Assembly (NCBI RefSeq): GCF_021028975.2
Contig: NC_059436.1
Location: 34,286,001-34,350,000, forward strand
DNA length: 64,000 bases
Origin: Sphaerodactylus townsendi
Taxonomy: Eukaryota
Direction of reading: 5' to 3'
Shown piece by piece: positions 50,412 to 62,325 of this stretch. A program made the translations under genes and the position numbers. Position 1 is the first letter of the stretch, and every line of letters starts with the position of its first letter. The notes under the pieces are model-generated. The model was not told where the DNA came from. It worked only from the letters and a program-made list of their open reading frames with translations, and made no database searches.

Positions 50412-50510
50412 TATGTTTGCAATACAGAGTTACTAATATTTTACGAAGTTGTTGTGGGAAAACAAGATGAATCCAGATAGGGCAGACCCAGTTCTGGCTG
50501 ACCGGCTGGC

Positions 50511-50742
50511 GTGTGTGTGTATGTGTATGCTATCAAGTCACAGCTGAGACATGGCAACCTGCAGGATTTTCAAGGCAAGAGATGTTTGGAGGTGGTTTGC
50601 CATTGCTTTCCTCCATGTGGGCTGAGAGAGAACTGTGACTGGCCCAAGGTCACCCAGCAGGCTTCATGTGGAGGAGCGGGGAATCAAACTCGTTTCTCCA
50701 GATTAGAGTCTACTGCTCTTAACCACTATACCACGCTCGCTC
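50511..50742 (-). mobile_element. tRNA-headed SINE with a Squam3-like 5' half and an RTE/BovB-like 3' tail
   Basis: Head closely matches the Squam3-like copies. Tail is gcaatggcaaaccacctcc..tcttgccttgaaaa..(CA)n. Confidence 0.6.
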
Positions 50743-51795
50743 CTGGCTGGAGGGTGCACTGCTTTAAAGGGGCTTGTCTTTCCTATTGTGGTGCACAGAT
50801 TTCACTGAAAGGCTAAGCGCTTGAAGTTCTTGCTGGATCCTCGTTTCCTGTTGAAGAGAAAAAGTGTCCATGACAGAAAAAATTGTCCCCTCCCAGCCTC
50901 GCCCACAGCTATGGGGACCTTTTTTGCAGATGTCTGATCTGGCTACACCGGTCCATACTTCAGTAATATTTAGGCTACATTACTGCAATGCACTCTGCAC
51001 TGGACTGTCCTTAAAAGATGATCTGGAAGCTGCAGCTGACATTTTCCTGTTTGCTTTGTTAAATAGTTTTGTATTGTTTTTTACATTGTTATTATCCACC
51101 TTTGTCCTGGGCTACCTGGAAGAAAGGCAGGTACACAAATAATTTTAAATAAATAAATGCGTGCCAAACTCTTTTGAGCCCTGAAACTACTTTCCAAATG
51201 TTAAGTGCTATGAACTTTTCCTCTCTGACGTCAGTCTCTTCAGCTGTTCTATTACATCAAGGGGGGAAATGGGTTTTCAAGACAGCTTCAAACATTCTAA
51301 TCCGAAAAAGAATGTCTCAATGTGATACCTCTTGTGGAAGGAATAGGAAACCAGCTGTGCTGTAGCCTGCCAGGGGAGTGACCGAAGGCTGACAGTGTGA
51401 TTTCTCCAGAGATGCTGTGCTCATCCGGGGATAATTGGATATCTGAAAACCCTCTGTTTGTATATAATTATTGCCCTGGTTCATTTCCCCTCCCCGGGCT
51501 CTTCTTCCAAGGAGCTGATTGCAGCCAGTGTGGAGTTAGAAGGTCATACTGATGAGAGACCCAGGTTCAAATCCCCACCTCGGGCCTATCATCCTCTCAG
51601 CTCTCTAACCCAACTCAGAGTTGCTGGGAAGGTAAAATGGAGGGCAACAGAACCATGTACCCCATCTTGAGTGTCTTGAGAGGAAAGAGGATAAAAATGC
51701 TAACTGTACAAGGAACTTAGTCTGAGCCAAGCTTACTGGCTGAGGCCACTTAGTGATCTTTAAGGATGAGTAGCGATCTGAACACAGGTCTTTAA

Positions 51796-51944
51796 GTGGT
51801 TGTGGTGGTTTTTCCGAGCTGTGTGGCCGTGGTCTGGTAGATCTTGTTCTTAACGTTTCGCCTGCATCTGTGGCTGGCATCTTCAGAGGTATATCACAGA
51901 GAGAAGTGGGTTACACACTGTGTCCAGTGAAAGCCTTCAACAAT
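51796..51944 (-). mobile_element. Short PLE-like element with an intact hammerhead core
   Basis: 14-bp TSD ACACAGGTCTTTAA (51782-51795 / 51945-51958). Inverted 3' tail tgaaagccttcaacaat at the right end. Confidence 0.75.
51849..51889 (-). ncRNA. Minimal type-I hammerhead ribozyme motif (family 1)
   Basis: CCU-CUGAAGA-U-GCCAGC[CACAGAU]GCAGGC-GAAA-CG-UU-AAG. All core nucleotides are present; one mismatch in stem I. Confidence 0.7.
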
Positions 51945-52027
51945 ACACAGGTCTTTAAATCTAGAACACCCTGTCTTGTTTATATTTCCCCTGGTTCTCC
52001 CTCCAGGAAGTTGACATAGCATACATG

Positions 52028-52243
52028 TTTGGTTGCCAGTCTCCAGGTGGTAGCTGGACTTATCCTGCTGTTACCACTGATCTCCAGACGATAGAGATCA
52101 ATCCACCTGGAGAAAGTGGCCGCTTTGGAAGATGGACTCTATGGCATTATACCCCATGGAAATCCCTCCCCTTCCCAAACCCCGCCCCCTCAGGCTCCAC
52201 CCCCAAAATCTCCAACTATTTCCCAACCCTTAGCTGGCAACCC
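52028..52243. mobile_element. Non-autonomous DNA-transposon-like repeat (GGTTGCCA...TGGCAACCC termini)
   Basis: Inverted termini. Homologous to the 2735, 62480 and 63300 copies. Confidence 0.6.
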
Positions 52244-52628
52244 TGCGTACGTGGTAGTTTAGGCTGAGAGAGGGAGGAAAAGTAGCTAGTCCAGGGTCAC
52301 TCGTGTTCAGAATTTTAACCCAACTTTTCCTGATCTGTCCCACTTTCTATCTCTAGGGGCAGCCAGGGAAATTAAAATGGCCCAGAAGCAAGCCAAGCTA
52401 AGCAGCCCCTGCCGTGCTGCAAGCCACTCAGCTCAGACCCAGCCCTGAAAACTCACATCCTCCTCCTGCACCCCCCCTCCCAATTAGAAGCGGTCGCTGG
52501 TGAGGTGACATCCATCACTGCCGCTGCAGGAGGGTCTGAGCCAAGCTGCCCCTGCAGGGCTTATTTCTGCTCACTTCTGGCCACTGGTAGCCCTTCAGAA
52601 CAGTGACCTACCAGGACGTTTCTGGGTA

Positions 52629-53485
52629 CCGTATATACTCGTGTATAAGTCGACCCGCATAGAAGTCGAGGCACCTAATTTTACCACAAAAAACTGGGAA
52701 AACTTATTGACTCGCATATAAGTCGAGGGTGGGAAATGCAGCATCAATTGAGGCATCAGTAGGTTAAATGTTTTTGAATATTTACTTCAAAGAAAAACAG
52801 TAAACTGGCTTTGTAAGTGGAAAAGAGGGTCAACAAGAACAGTATGGTATCAACAATAACTTTAAAAGTACAAAAACCTTAGCTCAACCAGCAACCAAGC
52901 TAAAACACAAGAGTTAAAATCCTTCAAAACTGGATTCCTCATCATCAACTGTATGTCCAAATGTAACCCAACTTAGATTTTAAGAGGGATATTATCAGAA
53001 ATGAAAAATCTACTATTAGCTTCCATTGTAAACAATGGGGGATGGGGCATCCCCTTTGGGGGTCAATAACTTTGGATCCCCCAACCCAAACTTCACCAAA
53101 CCTAGCTGGTATCATAAAGAGACTCTCCTGATGAGACCAGCCAGGTTTGGTGAAGTTTGGTTCCGAGGGTCCAAAGTTATGGACCCTCAAAAGGGTAGCC
53201 CCATCTACTAATAGCTCCCATTGAAAACAATGGGGACACCTCCTTTGGGGGTCCATAACTTTGGACCCCCTGAACCAAACTTTACCAAACTTGGCTGGTA
53301 CCATCAGGAGTGTCTTCTGAGGGTACCCTGAAATTTTGGTGACTCTAGCATAAAAACTGCGCCCCCTGCTGGCCGGCAAAGTAAAAACACACAAAATTAA
53401 TTAATGACCTGCATATAAGTCGAGGGGAGCTTTTTCAGCATTAAAAATGTGCTGAAAAATTCGACTTATACTTGAGTATATACGG
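52629..53485. mobile_element. Non-autonomous Tc1/mariner-superfamily (Tc2/pogo-like) DNA transposon
   Basis: TA TSDs. ~25-bp TIR CCGTATATACTCGTGTATAAGTCGA / TCGACTTATACTTGAGTATATACGG. Subterminal ATAAGTCGA repeats; no transposase ORF. Confidence 0.85.
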
Positions 53486-53984
53486 TAAGTTAAATGGCCT
53501 GTCCAGCCCATCCACCTCTGAAACCACACCACTCTGGTTCTCAGAGCACACTGACCAACTGACCATGTGACTGAATTTGTTCACTTGCATCTACCTGGTT
53601 TTGGAAATACGGTTGCTTCGTTTGTTTGCAGCCTGTTTTTCCTGTTGTTAAAGTGTTATTGCCTTTAAAGCATGATATTGTACAATCTTGAATCAGGGAG
53701 AGACTGTGTGTGGCTCAGTGCTTTTTTGCCCAGGAAGTCATAGGATCAATCACCAGCATCTCCATTCAAAGGATCAGGCTGTAGGTAATAGGAAAACTGG
53801 ATCTGAAATCTTGGGAGAGTTGCTGCTAGCTAGAGTAGACAGTAGGGATCTTGGAGGGTCTGGCTCCGTGGAAGGCAGCTTCAAGTATTTTTATCTCATT
53901 GAAAGCCACCCTCAAAAGTTATTTTTAGAAGAGCATGGCAGTATTTTAAAAACAGAGTCACACTGAATGAATAAACATGTCTGT

Positions 53985-54241
53985 AGCTGTCAAAGGCTTT
54001 CACGGCTGGATTCAACTGGTTGTGGTGGGTTTTCCAGGCTGTGTGGCCGTGGTCTGGTAGATCTTGTTCCTAACATTTCGCCTGCAACTGTGGCTGGCAT
54101 CTTCGGAGGTGTTATCACAGAGAGAAGTGTGTTTCTCTCTGTGACACACCTCTGCAGATGCTGTCCACAGATGCAGGCGAAACGTTAGGAACAAGATCTA
54201 CCAGATCACGGCCACACAGCCCGGAAAACCCACAACAACCA
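53985..54241. mobile_element. Fold-back PLE-like element with two opposed hammerhead motifs
   Basis: Arms 54017-54126 and 54133-54241. Probable TSD ACATGTCTGT / ACATGCCTGT. Confidence 0.78.
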
Positions 54242-55189
54242 CATGCCTGTGGTTATTTATTATACATGTTAGAGGGCTCCTGCCTTTTGCATTCTTGAGG
54301 GAAAAGTTAGGCCCCAGTCAACCCCTCTTGCTTTTTAGCCTCTAGACAAAACCTCTGTCCAAAAAAAAAGAAGGGTTACTCCTACACGGGAGGTGCCAAT
54401 AGGAAGGAACGTATGTCACAGTTGCAAAGCCAAAATATTTTTTTAAAAAAATAATGAAAAACATGGTTTATAAGAATGTTGTTCAATCTTTGTTTTTAAA
54501 GTCTCTGGCTCTGTTTTTGCTGTTGGGTGTATTGTTTTACTACTGGCAATGCTCACACTGGACCAATGCTTTATGTACAATTCTTTTTGCCAGAAACGCC
54601 CCAGAGGGCCTCAAGCATCTAGATTGGCATGGTTTTCGTTTTTCAGGGAACAAAGACAGAAAAGACACACCTCAAGCCAATGGGACATTCCGTGTTTTTT
54701 TTTTTTGGAGAACCAGTACAAAGCAGCAACCACGAGCCAGAACTGTGGACCAGGAAGAAGCCCAGAGTTCGAATGGTGCCCCTGCCAGGCATTCATCAGA
54801 GAACCAAAAGCAAGCCAACTTCCACCTAATGCAAATAGTTAATAGCCGTCGCCTACCTGTCAGGGTTGTTTTAGGCATTACTGAGATGGTGTAAATGGAT
54901 GCTTTCAATGCTATCAAGCACTCTTTGCATGTCTGGGGGTTTTGTGCCTTGATTGTGTGGCCATTTTTTAAGGCAGCTCAGCTTCGATACCTTCAGCATG
55001 TGTGCAGATTGAAACAACGTTGATTCTCACACAAGCAAACAGAGCAAAACCTTCCAAAGATCGGCTACATAAAAAAAAGGGGGATCAGGGACATAGGATC
55101 TAACCACAGGTCCAGCTCTGTTTCCCACAGTGGCCAGCCGGGTGTCTCAAGAATGCTGACACAAACGGGGCAGGAGGACAACAGCCCTC

Positions 55190-55850
55190 CCCGTGGCGTT
55201 TGCCTCCAGCAGCTGGTAACTCAGCGGTAAACTGCCTCTGCGTAAGGAGGCTCTACTCCGCTCTCGCTGCTGCTCCCAGACGCCTGCTCTGCAAGGGCGC
55301 CGCTTTCACCAGCCCGGCCGGGTGACTGCGCCGGCGGGAGGAGCTCACCTGCCTCCTTGGCCACGGGACCGGCCCCGCCCAGCCGGGCCAGAGGCGGAGC
55401 GGCGGAGCGGCGGCGGCGGCTCGAGGCTTCTCGGAACCGCAGATCCCAGCCGGCGCTCGGCGGTGCAGCAGCATGGCCGGCGGCGCTGGCAAGAGGGTGA
55501 CTGCGGCGGTGCTGGGCGCCGTGGCTTTGGCTGCCGTGGGCGGCCTCCTGCTCCTCTGCCTCCCCAACAGGGACCTCCGCGAGGCGCCCGCCTTCAAGGT
55601 AAGCCTCTGCAGCGCCGAGCACCTCCGGCCTGAAGCCAGATCCGGTGCGGCTGCGGGCTGGGAGGGTTCACACGCTCCCCAGCCGGGAGCTGCTGCGCCG
55701 ATTGGGACCCAGTCGAGGACTTTTCATCTGGCACTGGACAGCCATTGGGACTGTCTGGCTGGATTTCTCCCTTTTCCATTCAAATCCACTTTCTCTGCCC
55801 GGCTGGATCCTTATACCTTGAGGGGGCGGCGGGGGCGCTGATTCAGCTCC
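55190..55850. promoter_or_regulatory. CpG island / ENTPD2 promoter with a GC box (GGCCCCGCCC, 55371-55380)
   Basis: High CpG density and an Sp1-type motif about 100 nt upstream of the ATG. Confidence 0.72.
55473..55598 (+). CDS. ENTPD2: ENTPD2 (ecto-NTPDase 2) exon 1, N-terminal transmembrane helix; exon 2 (YGIVLDAGSS) was not seen in the window
   Basis: agcATGG start. MAGGAGKRVTAAVLGAVALAAVGGLLLLCLPNRDLREAPAFK|gtaagc versus human ..GLLLLCVPTRDVREPPALK. Synteny agrees. Confidence 0.87.
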
Positions 55851-57094
55851 AGAACTTATTTCGCTGTTGCCCTGATTCGTCTCCAAAACTTATTTTCTCC
55901 GACTGGGCTTCTTGAGCCCTGGTAAGACTCCAGAGAGGAGTGCAACAGAGCATGTGCAAAGTTGATCTCCCCTTTAATGCAGACATGCCTTGATGGGTCA
56001 GACCAAGGGATGCCTTGTCCGCTCTTCCGGTTCCAGCACTGGCCGGCCAAATGCACATTGGAAGCCCCCAAATAAGAGATGAGGGCAATGATCTTCTCTA
56101 GTTGCTGGTTCCTAATAGGTGGTCATCAGAGATATACTGCCTCTGAACATGGAGGTTCCATTTAACTGTTGGGGTTTACAGTTGTTGCTAGATGTCCCTC
56201 AGAATTTCCCTAATCCTTTTACAAAATGTTTCAGGGCATAAAGCACAGTTCACCCCTGGTATATCTACAGTTGTGGGGAGGAGGGTTGTTAGAGAAGGTG
56301 ATTTTAGGTGCAGTTGAGCCCAGCACCCATGGCTGGGGGTTGAACAGACAATTTGCTCAAACCAAAATAGGACTTTGATCTTCCTCCATGGGTCTTTCAA
56401 GGCTAGCCACCCTCTCCTTTTCCTTTGCAAACTCATTGGAAGAGCTGTACGTCTCAGTAGAAGGCTTTGGATCGAAGGGTTTCATCCTTCACTCCCTCCC
56501 TGACCAGTTTTGTGCTTGCATGAAGTGTGGGGGGGGGGGGGTGGGGCAGGGAGGGTGCTGAACCCCATTCCAGAAAGGCTCGGTGGAACAGATGGAATAG
56601 TAGGATTCCCGTATAGGATGCTGAGGGGACAACATCTGGGGAGCTTATATCACACTTTCCCCACCTTTCTTTCTGATGAACACGTGTGGAGAAAGGTGAT
56701 CTAAAGGGGAGGTGGGTAGGATTGTGCTCTAGTTTTGTGATGCTGTAATTTGGTGTCATGACCTGAAGTTTGGGTCACCAGGAGACGGCTTCCAAGCTCT
56801 CTTCCCCCTTCTCTGTTGTCGCAAGATCCAGCAAGGTCTTGTGCTTCTAAACATGTTTCTGATTATTCTGAGAGGTTGAGGGTGGGGGAGACATTTTCCA
56901 AAAAAGGAGCACTAAAATTAGCACCTATTGCCTTGGGGCTTTTGAGTATTTAAATTTCCCTCCAAAAGTCAAGCGGCAAACACACACACACTCCAAGTGT
57001 TGGCAGAGGCGAGAGGCGTTGGCTGTCTGATGGAGAGAGAATTCAAAGGGACATGGACCAGCTCAGCCTCTGATTCCCCACCCCCTGCCCTCCC

Positions 57095-57381
57095 CAGCGT
57101 GGTGTAGTGGTTAAGAGCATGTGGATTCTAATCTGGAGAACCGGGTCTGATTCCCCATTCCTCCACCAGAGTGGCGGAGGCTTATCTGGTGAACCAGATG
57201 TGTTTCTGCACTCCTACATTCCTGCTGGTTGACCTTGGACTAGTCACAGTTCTTTGGAACTCTCTCAGCCCCACCTACCTCAGAAGGCATCTGTTGTAGG
57301 GAGAGGAAGGAGCTTGTAAGCCACCTTGAGACTCCTTACAAGAGAGAAAGGTGGGTGTATAAATCCAAACTCCTCCTCCTC
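57095..57381 (+). mobile_element. Squam3-like SINE, full length
   Basis: CCAGCGTGGTGTAGTGGTTAAGAGC A box, GGTCTGATTCCCC B box and (CCT)n tail. Confidence 0.8.
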
Positions 57382-59714
57382 TTTTCCCTATCCCTGGCAC
57401 CACAGGCAGCTGTCTGATCCCAAACCACCTCCAATTGTCTCTTCCCTTGAAAAGCCTGTGGGGTCGCCATAAGTCATCTGTGACTTGACAGCATACACAC
57501 ACAATATTAGTGCCAAAGTAATTGATTTGTGCATTCAGTTATTCTTCAAATGATGAACTTCTGTACTGTTAGAGGAACCAAATATCTTGTTATTGGTTGT
57601 CCTATTCAAGCATGTATGCCTGATTTTTGCAGATCCTGGCATGAAAACATATCTTTTGTATGATGAGAATAAACCAAACGTGCAGATCATATGTCAAGTG
57701 TTGTGAAGTGGGCTGCATGTGCAGTTGAAAACAATAGGAACTGGACCCGATTGTTTCCTTCTGCTAAATGGGCCCTTCCTCCAAAGATTTCTCACCTGGC
57801 AGAAGGGAATATGAGGTGAATCCAAGCTGAATCAGCGGAGGTGGGTGCTGTGAAGGAGTTTCTTCGCCACTTGGTCTAGACTGATTTAATACAAACCACA
57901 GTCTGATTTGTCTCCTGTCCTGTTTTCAGTGTTAAATCACAGCTGCGCTGTAGCACAAACAATAATTAAACGTGTGAATGCCTTTGACCACATGCCGAGG
58001 GCATTTCGCCTCTGACTAACTGTAGCCTGCTCAATTCCCATATTGTCAGGGGATCGTATCTAGTTGATTGAGATGCATTCCTAGATCAATGCAATTGCTA
58101 CAAGATATATGGAACCAGCCTGCTATACGTTATCACTGCTGCTCTGGGACATTCTTTCCTTGATCTTTGCTTCTTTGCTTTATGGCTTCACATGCCATGT
58201 AGAAAGCTAGGCCTTCCCCTGACACTTTTGTCTCATGGGAAATGGGATTGTCCTGTGGGGGCAGAATGCCAGGTGGCTTTATCGCTATCTGTTGCAGACC
58301 TTGGGGCAGCCTTAGCTCCACCCAACTCTTTTCTCACATTCCTTGGGAAAATGGGAGTGGGGTGGGATGAACATGGGAATAAAACAGGTAGCAAAAGCCA
58401 GGTTCCCCAGAACTGGTTTGGTCCAGCTGGGTGCTTTTCAATGCCTATCAATAAACGCTGCTGATCAACAATACAATTATTGCTTCAAGATTCAAGACCT
58501 AACACATATCATTGAAAAACAATGTTTCTAGATTGGGATGCATTCCTTCCTTTAAAAAACAACAACATAATGATTGTAGGTTTCCCATCTAGCCACCAAC
58601 AGCTTTTTAAAAAAAGATCTTTTCCCACCCTGTTTCTGGCTCTTGGGCAGACTCCAGTACATGGTTTGCTTGTGTTAAGCTTGGGACTGGCTGGTGAAGT
58701 ATAACAAGCTAAGGCAAAAAAAATGGGGGGGGGGGGGAGAAACAGACATTCAGTCTGTTGAGCTCAGGTAAGATAGACCTGCAGATAATCCAGTCATGAA
58801 CTTCTTCCCTCCCCTTTATGGAAAACAATGTCTTGAGATTTGAACTTGGTTCTACATCCTTCTGGCTGCCATTTGTCCACTACAGAAGCACCTAAAATCC
58901 AGACTGAGTTTGCAACACACACATACAACTCTTCTTTGCATGTTGGTATTCAAAGAAAAAAGGAGGTGGGTGGAGTAGAACATGTGGGCAGATCTTCACT
59001 CAGAGATGCGAATTGTTTAAAAGAGCCAGTAGGAACCGAAAGGGGCCATATTGCTTGGATTTAAATGCCAGAGAATATATTCTGGTTCCCTGAATCACAA
59101 GGGGAGTGAGTAGTGTGGAATCAACAGAGATGAATAAGGAAACCTAATAGCAAGGCATTTTTGTCTGTCTCCTATGATGCTGAAAAAGGAATAAATTTAG
59201 AAAACGTGCAAGGACGACAATAAGGTAGCATTGCCTAGTGGTTAAAGAGTTTGCCCTGGGAGAACATCTTTCTCATCACAGTGCATTTGCTGATCAGGTG
59301 CCCCCTTTTGGTGCTGAGTTTCCCTTCCTGTGAAGCAGTTTAGTTTAGAGGTGACCTACCTGCCAAAAAAGACAGTGTGGATGGTTGAAAAGAGAAGCCA
59401 GATGAGGATACAATATCCACCCTGCAATTCTCCCAAATCCTTCACTGTTTTGGAAGTTTATCAGCAAATCATCCCTTAGCCCCTTTGTTCTTTTATCAAG
59501 GTTATTTCATGTATTATTAAATATATTTGGTTTCTCCCCAAAAAGATGGCCAAGAAGGCTGGTTCCTGTCAAGGTAATCTGTATTAAGGCAAACACAGCA
59601 GAGTAGTAACCACTAAGCACGGAAACACAGTTAATCAGAAGCATCTGTTCCCATTCAACTTGGGAAATCCCTTCAGCCTTTCTTTCTGAGAGTCTTGGGG
59701 TATCTGAAAGACAT

Positions 59715-60550
59715 AGGTACTCAAACCGCTGCATAGTGTGGCTGGATTTGGAAGATGGTGTTTGGTTCTGGTTGCCTCATTTCTAAGAAGATAGAGAAGC
59801 ACTGGAAAGGATTTAGAAAAGGATAACCCAAATGATCAAGGTGTTGGAGCTTCCCTTACAAGGAAGGCTTTAGAAAAGGTTAAGGAGTTTTGGGGCTACT
59901 TGATATAGAGATGGAGTTAGTATGTGAAGGACAGCTTCCTCCTGCACCATCCAACTGGTCAGTTGATTTTTCTCAGAATCCTAGCCCTCGGGCTGTGGCC
60001 TGCAAAGGAGAGGCGGGCAATTCCAAAGATAGGGTGCTTTGAGTGGGAACACCTTTTCTACTCATGTTTATATTGTAAACCACCATGGGTAGGTTCCATG
60101 GAGAGGTCATGCATCCTTTCCCCAAAACGAATAAATGCATTGAGGAACTATTTAAAATTACACATGGGATGGAAGAAGCGACTAGATGGAGCTTTTTCTC
60201 TCTCTTCCCATAATGCTAGAATTCAGAAGCTCCCAATGAAGTTGAGGGGCAGCAGACAGAGGACAAATTATCTTTTTGCCACACAAAGCATAATTAACTT
60301 GTGAGAAATCATGATGGTGGCCACCTGTTTAAGTGGCTACAAGACTGGGCAAAATCTATCAGTGGCTATTGGCTATGATTACTAAATGGATCCTCCATGT
60401 TCAGAGGCAGTATACCTCTGGTAGTTACTGGTAACCAGCAATAGAGAAGGCTTTGGCTTTCATTTGGTGGTAGGTTCTCTAGAAGGCATCTAGTTGGCCA
60501 CTGTGGGAAGCAGCATGCTAAACTAGACAGACCTTTGGTCAGATCCTGCA
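59715..60550 (+). mobile_element. Old degenerate CR1 3' fragments
   Basis: Residual similarity to the CR1 C-terminal/3' UTR region (gttctggttgcctcat..., ctagacagacctttggtcagatcc). Confidence 0.5.
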
Positions 60551-60625
60551 AGGCTTTTCATTTTTGCAAACATTTGTGGAAAAGCTCCGTCGATCAGATG
60601 CTTGGTATTGTCCAGACCTGGCACC

Positions 60626-60705
60626 TTCATTCATTCATTCATTCATTCATTCATTCATTCATTCATTCATTCATTCATTCATTCATTCATTCATTCATTC
60701 ATTCA
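60626..60705. repeat. (TTCA)~20 microsatellite at the 3' end of an L2 element
   Basis: Directly visible. Confidence 0.95.
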
Positions 60706-62325
60706 TTTATTTTTTAAATTTATAAACCGCCCAATCCCCAAGGGGCTCTGGGCGGTATACAACACTATGTATGCAAAACATAACAAGGGTCACGATACTG
60801 ACCAAATACACTAAAATCCATTAAAACAATTAAAACCATTTAAGCAGCGGACAGAAACAATAACAATAGTAATGATGGTGATATGTCCAGTAGCCCCATG
60901 TATTCCTTTAAGAACTACTCCCAAAGAGAGAGGCGAGCTACAAACGGCTTCCTTAAAATAGCAATAAATATACAAATAAAAGAGTATAAAAAATAGTAGG
61001 AACAAAAAAGCCCAAGGAGCTACAGCGAGGGAACGGGGCGCACCTCAGTGACTGGACACTCCAAACGCCTCGGCGAATCAACTCGTCTTGCCCACAGGCC
61101 CCGCGGAGATTCACCGTGAGGTTCCGCGAGGGTGTCTGACAGCTGGAGGGAGAGTGTTTCCCATCAGGCCGAGAACCAGGGCCGTGAAGGTCCTGAAAGC
61201 TCGTGTGGAGGCCAGCTTACGCATCATTGAGGGGCTTCGAGGAACCACTAGTAAATTGGCCTCCTGCCTAATGCAGAGGTGTCGAAAGTAAGGCTTGCTT
61301 TATATGGGGTACGCGGGTCTCTCAGGTAAGATGCAGGGAGTCCCCAGGTCAGCGTAAGGCCTATAGAAAGGGTCAAAACCACACACCTTAAGATGAGATT
61401 CGGAATTCCACTGGGAGCCAATGTGTACGGCTGGTGCAACACAAGGTTGGATATGATCACGAAAGGTTGCTCCCTGTGAGCAAGGGCGTGCCAGCGCGAT
61501 GCTGGACCAGTTTCAGTTTCCAAATCAACCGGGCAGCGGGAAGGCCCAGCCAGAAGCGAAGTTACAATCAGTCTCCAACCTGGAGGTGACCGCTAAGTGC
61601 GGATCACTGTGGCTGAGGTCCGCCTGAGAGAGGAAGGGAAATACCGAGGACCTGGCAACGGAAGGTGGAAAAAAGGCAGTCCGAAGTTACAAGGGCCACC
61701 TGGGTCTCCCCATTGAAAGAGACCGAATCCAGGTGGACTCCTCAGACTGCGGATCCGGAGGAGGCCGGCGCCAAAATGGCCCCTCCCACTCGGCGGCTGG
61801 AAATCCTCTGCACCTCCCCTGCGGCCTATTTAAGCCAGCGATCTCTTTGTTCCTCAATGGATTCCAGTTTCAGCCTCGTTTGTCGCAACTAACCAGCAAC
61901 TGCCTCTCCAAACAATGCTGCTTAGAGGCTGCAGGGGCCATGACAGAAATCTCCTCCCACTCCATCAACAGAATGAGCTGAGTGATATTCAATAGGCATA
62001 CTGGATGACAGATCAGCCCAAAGCTCCGAAAGTACCAACTGAGCAAGTGGTTTGCATATAGATGTTGAAATAATAGCTGGAGCATAGGCCCCCTGGGGTA
62101 CACCACAATGAAGTGGGCACTTCCTCGGGAGGTTTGATCCTCGCGATCATTACCTCAGCTGGCGCCGGCTCCGGAGGAACAGAGCTGCAATCCATTGAAG
62201 GACAATGCCCGCGCGACTCCGGAAACGCGGCCAGGCGGTGGGGCCAAAAAAAAGAGTCGAAGTCGACTGGAAGCCACATCAAAACGCTGCTGTAAGGTCT
62301 AACAAAACCAGCAGCGCCGATCCGA
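60706..62325 (-). mobile_element. 5'-truncated L2-clade LINE, same family as 17505-19310, indel-riddled
   Basis: Colinear with the first copy (e.g. tccatcaacagaatgagctgagtg, gacagatcagcccaaagctccg). Confidence 0.85.

Noticed and set aside
52945-53394. 149-aa ORF inside the Tc1/mariner-type element
   Set aside because: No DDE/D or HTH motifs; it derives from the internal repeats.
54454-54894. 146-aa ORF with a hydrophobic N-terminal segment upstream of ENTPD2
   Set aside because: No recognisable homology, AT-rich low-complexity origin and no supporting splice structure.
57095-57165. tRNA-like A and B boxes
   Set aside because: SINE head that continues into a SINE body, not a tRNA gene. The same applies to the other copies.
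60535-60814. (HSFI)n repeat ORFs
   Set aside because: These are translations of the (TTCA)n microsatellite.
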